A DNA stretch of 64,000 nucleotides, from NCBI RefSeq assembly GCF_009914755.1, contig NC_060933.1. One strand, written 5' to 3'. A model generated the notes under the pieces. That model ran no database searches, was not told the origin of the DNA, and worked only from the letters and a program-made list of their open reading frames with translations. The first letter of the stretch is position 1, and each line of letters opens with the position of its first letter. Positions 61,706 to 64,000 of this stretch are shown here, piece by piece. The translations under genes were made by a program, and so were the position numbers. This DNA is from the human T2T-CHM13v2.0 reference genome, Homo sapiens.

Positions 61706-62357
61706 GCAATAGAGTTGGCAGCCTGATCCTGGGACAAAGGTACTGATGGACATCCAGACACACCCCACCACAATCACTAGCAAACCCACTCCCAAACACA
61801 CAGACACACACGGGCGCACGCGCGGGAACACAAGCACACACACAGACACACAAAGACACAGACAGCTTGAAGGAGAGCAAGGGACAGAGGGATGAGAAAT
61901 AGAAACGGAAGGAGAGAAACAGCGATGGAGAGAGAGACAGAGAGGAACTGGGGAGATTGAGAGAGAGAGAGAGAGAGAGAGCAAGGTGGAGAGGGAAGTA
62001 GAGAAAGGGAAAGGGTGAGGGAGCTAGAGAGGGAGAGCAACAGAGCCTTGGAGAGGGAGGCTCTATCTGGTAGACAGGGGCCCCTTTGGCCAGGGTAGGG
62101 TGGAGGGTGCCTGGGCTGGGCTGGAACATGGGGGCAGGGCCGCCCACGCGGGAAAACCAACGGAGCCCTGAGACGTGTTTTTACTTGGATTTGTTGGTTG
62201 CTTTGGGGGTGCTTTTCGTAGCGTCATTCCTTTGTTGGCTCCTCCCTGTCCTCTTGGTGCTGTGGGCCCTGAAAGTTGTAGAGTGCGCCCCTCACTGTGG
62301 CAGGAGCAGTGGCGCTGAGCGTGCCCACGGGCCGCGGCTTGGGTCTCTCTCGTTTTC

Positions 62358-62377
62358 CAGGTGGTATGGCCGTGGAC
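62358..62377 (-). pseudogene. 5S rRNA 5'-end remnant (~20 nt)
   Basis: Minus strand GTCCACGGCCATACCACCTG versus 5S start GTCTACGGCCATACCACCCTG. The rest of the gene (internal control region) is absent. Confidence 0.8.
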
Positions 62378-62397
62378 AATGGCAGTGGCGCCTGGCT

Positions 62398-62409
62398 GGC
62401 CCAAGAGCC
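62398..62409 (-). promoter_or_regulatory. 5S rDNA D-box remnant
   Basis: GGCTCTTGGGCC at exactly -32 to -21 from the 5S +1 (62377). The human D-box is GGCTCTTGGGGC. Confidence 0.75.
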
Positions 62410-63215
62410 CAGTCCAGCTACGCCTGCCTGATTCCAGGCGTCACCACCAACCCGGGGGCCGCGAGGCTGGGATCAGGCACCCCGGAGCCGCTTGCCTGTG
62501 GCCGGGCTGCTCTCCCCCTCTACGCCCAAGCACCACCATCGCCGCGCTGTGCTTTCCGCCGACCTCCCAGAGCGTCCCGATGTCGCCGGCGGCCAGACCA
62601 TGCGCGAGACAGCCCAGGCGCCAGAGGCCTCCATCCCCTGCCAGGGCTCTGGACTCTCCAGGCGGCCACCCTCTCGCTGGGACTCCAGGCCTTCCCCAGG
62701 CTCTTGAGCTCCCGAGCTTCCAACACCTGGGGCCCGCTTAGGACGGGGTGTGCTCCGAGGCGTCAGGGCCCAGGGCCCACGGTCCTGGGGTCCCCTCCGG
62801 TCCTCCGCCTTGCCGCGGAAAAATTATTTTGGATTCCTCGCCGCCCCTCCTGCAAGGCCCCCTCTTGCCCCACACACCCAGAGCCGCCAGGGCTGCCCAG
62901 GGGCGAACAGCCGGCCCAGCCCCACAGGCCCTTTTTCTCACAATGCTCACATCATCGTCACTTGTTCTGAGGAGGACCCGCCATGGCCAAAGGGGCAAGA
63001 AGGCTCTGCTTTGCCCCGCCCTGGCACTAGAGCCCCGGCAGCCTCATCCCGGGAAAGAGGGGCTGACGGACACCCAGACACACCCCACCACTACCACGAG
63101 CAAACCCACCCTGACACACACACGGATACACACGGGTGCATGCGCGCAGACACACACACACACCACACCCGGGCACACACACACGGACACACAAAGACAC
63201 AGACACAGATAGCTC

Positions 63216-63674
63216 AAAGGGAGACCTCCCCTCATATTGTCTTATGCCCAATTTCTGCCTCCAAAGAAAGAAGAAGTAAAATCTAAAAGGCAGAAATGAA
63301 ATCCACAGGCAGACAGCCCCGCGCCACACCCTGGGCCTGGTAGTTAAAGATCGATCCCTGACCTACTCGGTTATGTTATCTATAGATTACAGACATTGTA
63401 TAGAAAAGCACTGTGAAAATCCCTGTCCTGTTTTGTTCTGATCTAATTACCTGTGCATGCAGCCCCCAGTCACGTACCCTCTGCTTCCTCAATCCATCAA
63501 GACCCTCTCACGCGGACCCCCTTAGAGTTGTAAGCCCTTAAGAGGGACAGGAATTGCTCACTCGGAGAGCTTGGTTTTTGGAGACGTGAGTCTGCGGATG
63601 CTCCCAGCTGAATAAAGCCCTTCCTTCTACAACTCGGTGTCTGAGGGGTTCTGTCTGCAGCTCCTCCTGCTGCA
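63216..63674 (+). mobile_element. Solo LTR2 (HERV-E/Harlequin family)
   Basis: gagacctcccctcatattgtcttatgcccaatttctgcctccaaag start, AATAAA at 63611-63616, ends ...tcctgctgca. It interrupts gctt|gaaggagagcaaggg as seen in unit 1. Confidence 0.88.
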
Positions 63675-64000
63675 GAAGGAGAGCAAGGGAGAGAGGGATG
63701 GAGAAATAGAACCAGAGGGAGAGAGAGAGACAGCGATAGAGAGAGAGAGAGAGACAGAAAAGGGGGGAGGAGAGAGAGAGGGGGGAAGAGAGAGCACCAC
63801 AGTAGAGCGAGAGGTGGAGGGGGAAGTAGAGAAAGGGAGAGGGTGAGGGAGTTGTGGAGCGACAGCGACAGAGCCTTGGAGAGGGAGGCTCTGCTCAGGT
63901 AGACAGGGCACCTTTCAGCAGGCCGGGGTGTGGTGGAGGGTTCTTGGGCCGGGCTAGAACAGGGGGTCAGGGCCCCCCACCCAGGAAAACCAATGGAGCC

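Larger units (their letters stand above)
61718..64000 (-). repeat. Degenerate 5S rDNA repeat spacer units (unit 1 ~61718-63036; unit 2 from ~63037, LTR-interrupted)
   Basis: gcagcct(g/c)atcc...cagacacaccccacca...gagcaaaccc recurs at ~61718 and ~63038. GA-rich tracts and gaaaaccaa(c/t)ggagcc also recur. tgctccgaggcgtcagggcccagggcccacg matches the recalled human 5S intergenic spacer. Confidence 0.8.

Noticed and set aside
62358-62377. Functional 5S rRNA gene
   Set aside because: Only ~20 nt remain; the internal promoter boxes and terminator are missing.
62086-63286. GC-rich ORFs of 150-294 aa
   Set aside because: They lie in 5S rDNA spacer-like and simple repeats. Long ORFs are expected at this GC content, and no recognisable domain is present.

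Overview
Human (or closely related great-ape) genomic DNA. It reads as a pericentromeric chromosome 9-type segmental-duplication mosaic. From left to right: (1) coding exons 1-5 and the CpG-island promoter of a ZNG1/CBWD (COG0523 zinc metallochaperone GTPase) paralog on the minus strand, with the gene running off the left edge; (2) about 22 kb of repeat-rich upstream DNA, including a complete THE1 MaLR provirus; (3) a 5'-truncated unprocessed FRG1 pseudogene (exons 6-9, plus strand, frameshifted); (4) a 75-bp minisatellite, a TSD-flanked internal L1 fragment and a 2-kb GT-rich tract; (5) a Tigger1 copy containing the MIR4477 hairpin; (6) a homeobox-less DUX4/DUX4c-like pseudogene with a partial D4Z4-like unit. 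That unit is fused to degenerate 5S rDNA spacer units, one of which carries a solo LTR2. Most long ORFs in the track are repeat artefacts. I see no new multi-gene system. The best leads are paralog-specific substitutions in ZNG1 GTPase motifs, MaLR LTRs oriented as potential ZNG1 promoters, a DUX4c-type C-terminus that keeps the activation domain, the D4Z4/5S rDNA fusion, and several templated-insertion scars. All family and paralog identifications come from recalled consensus sequences, not from searches.
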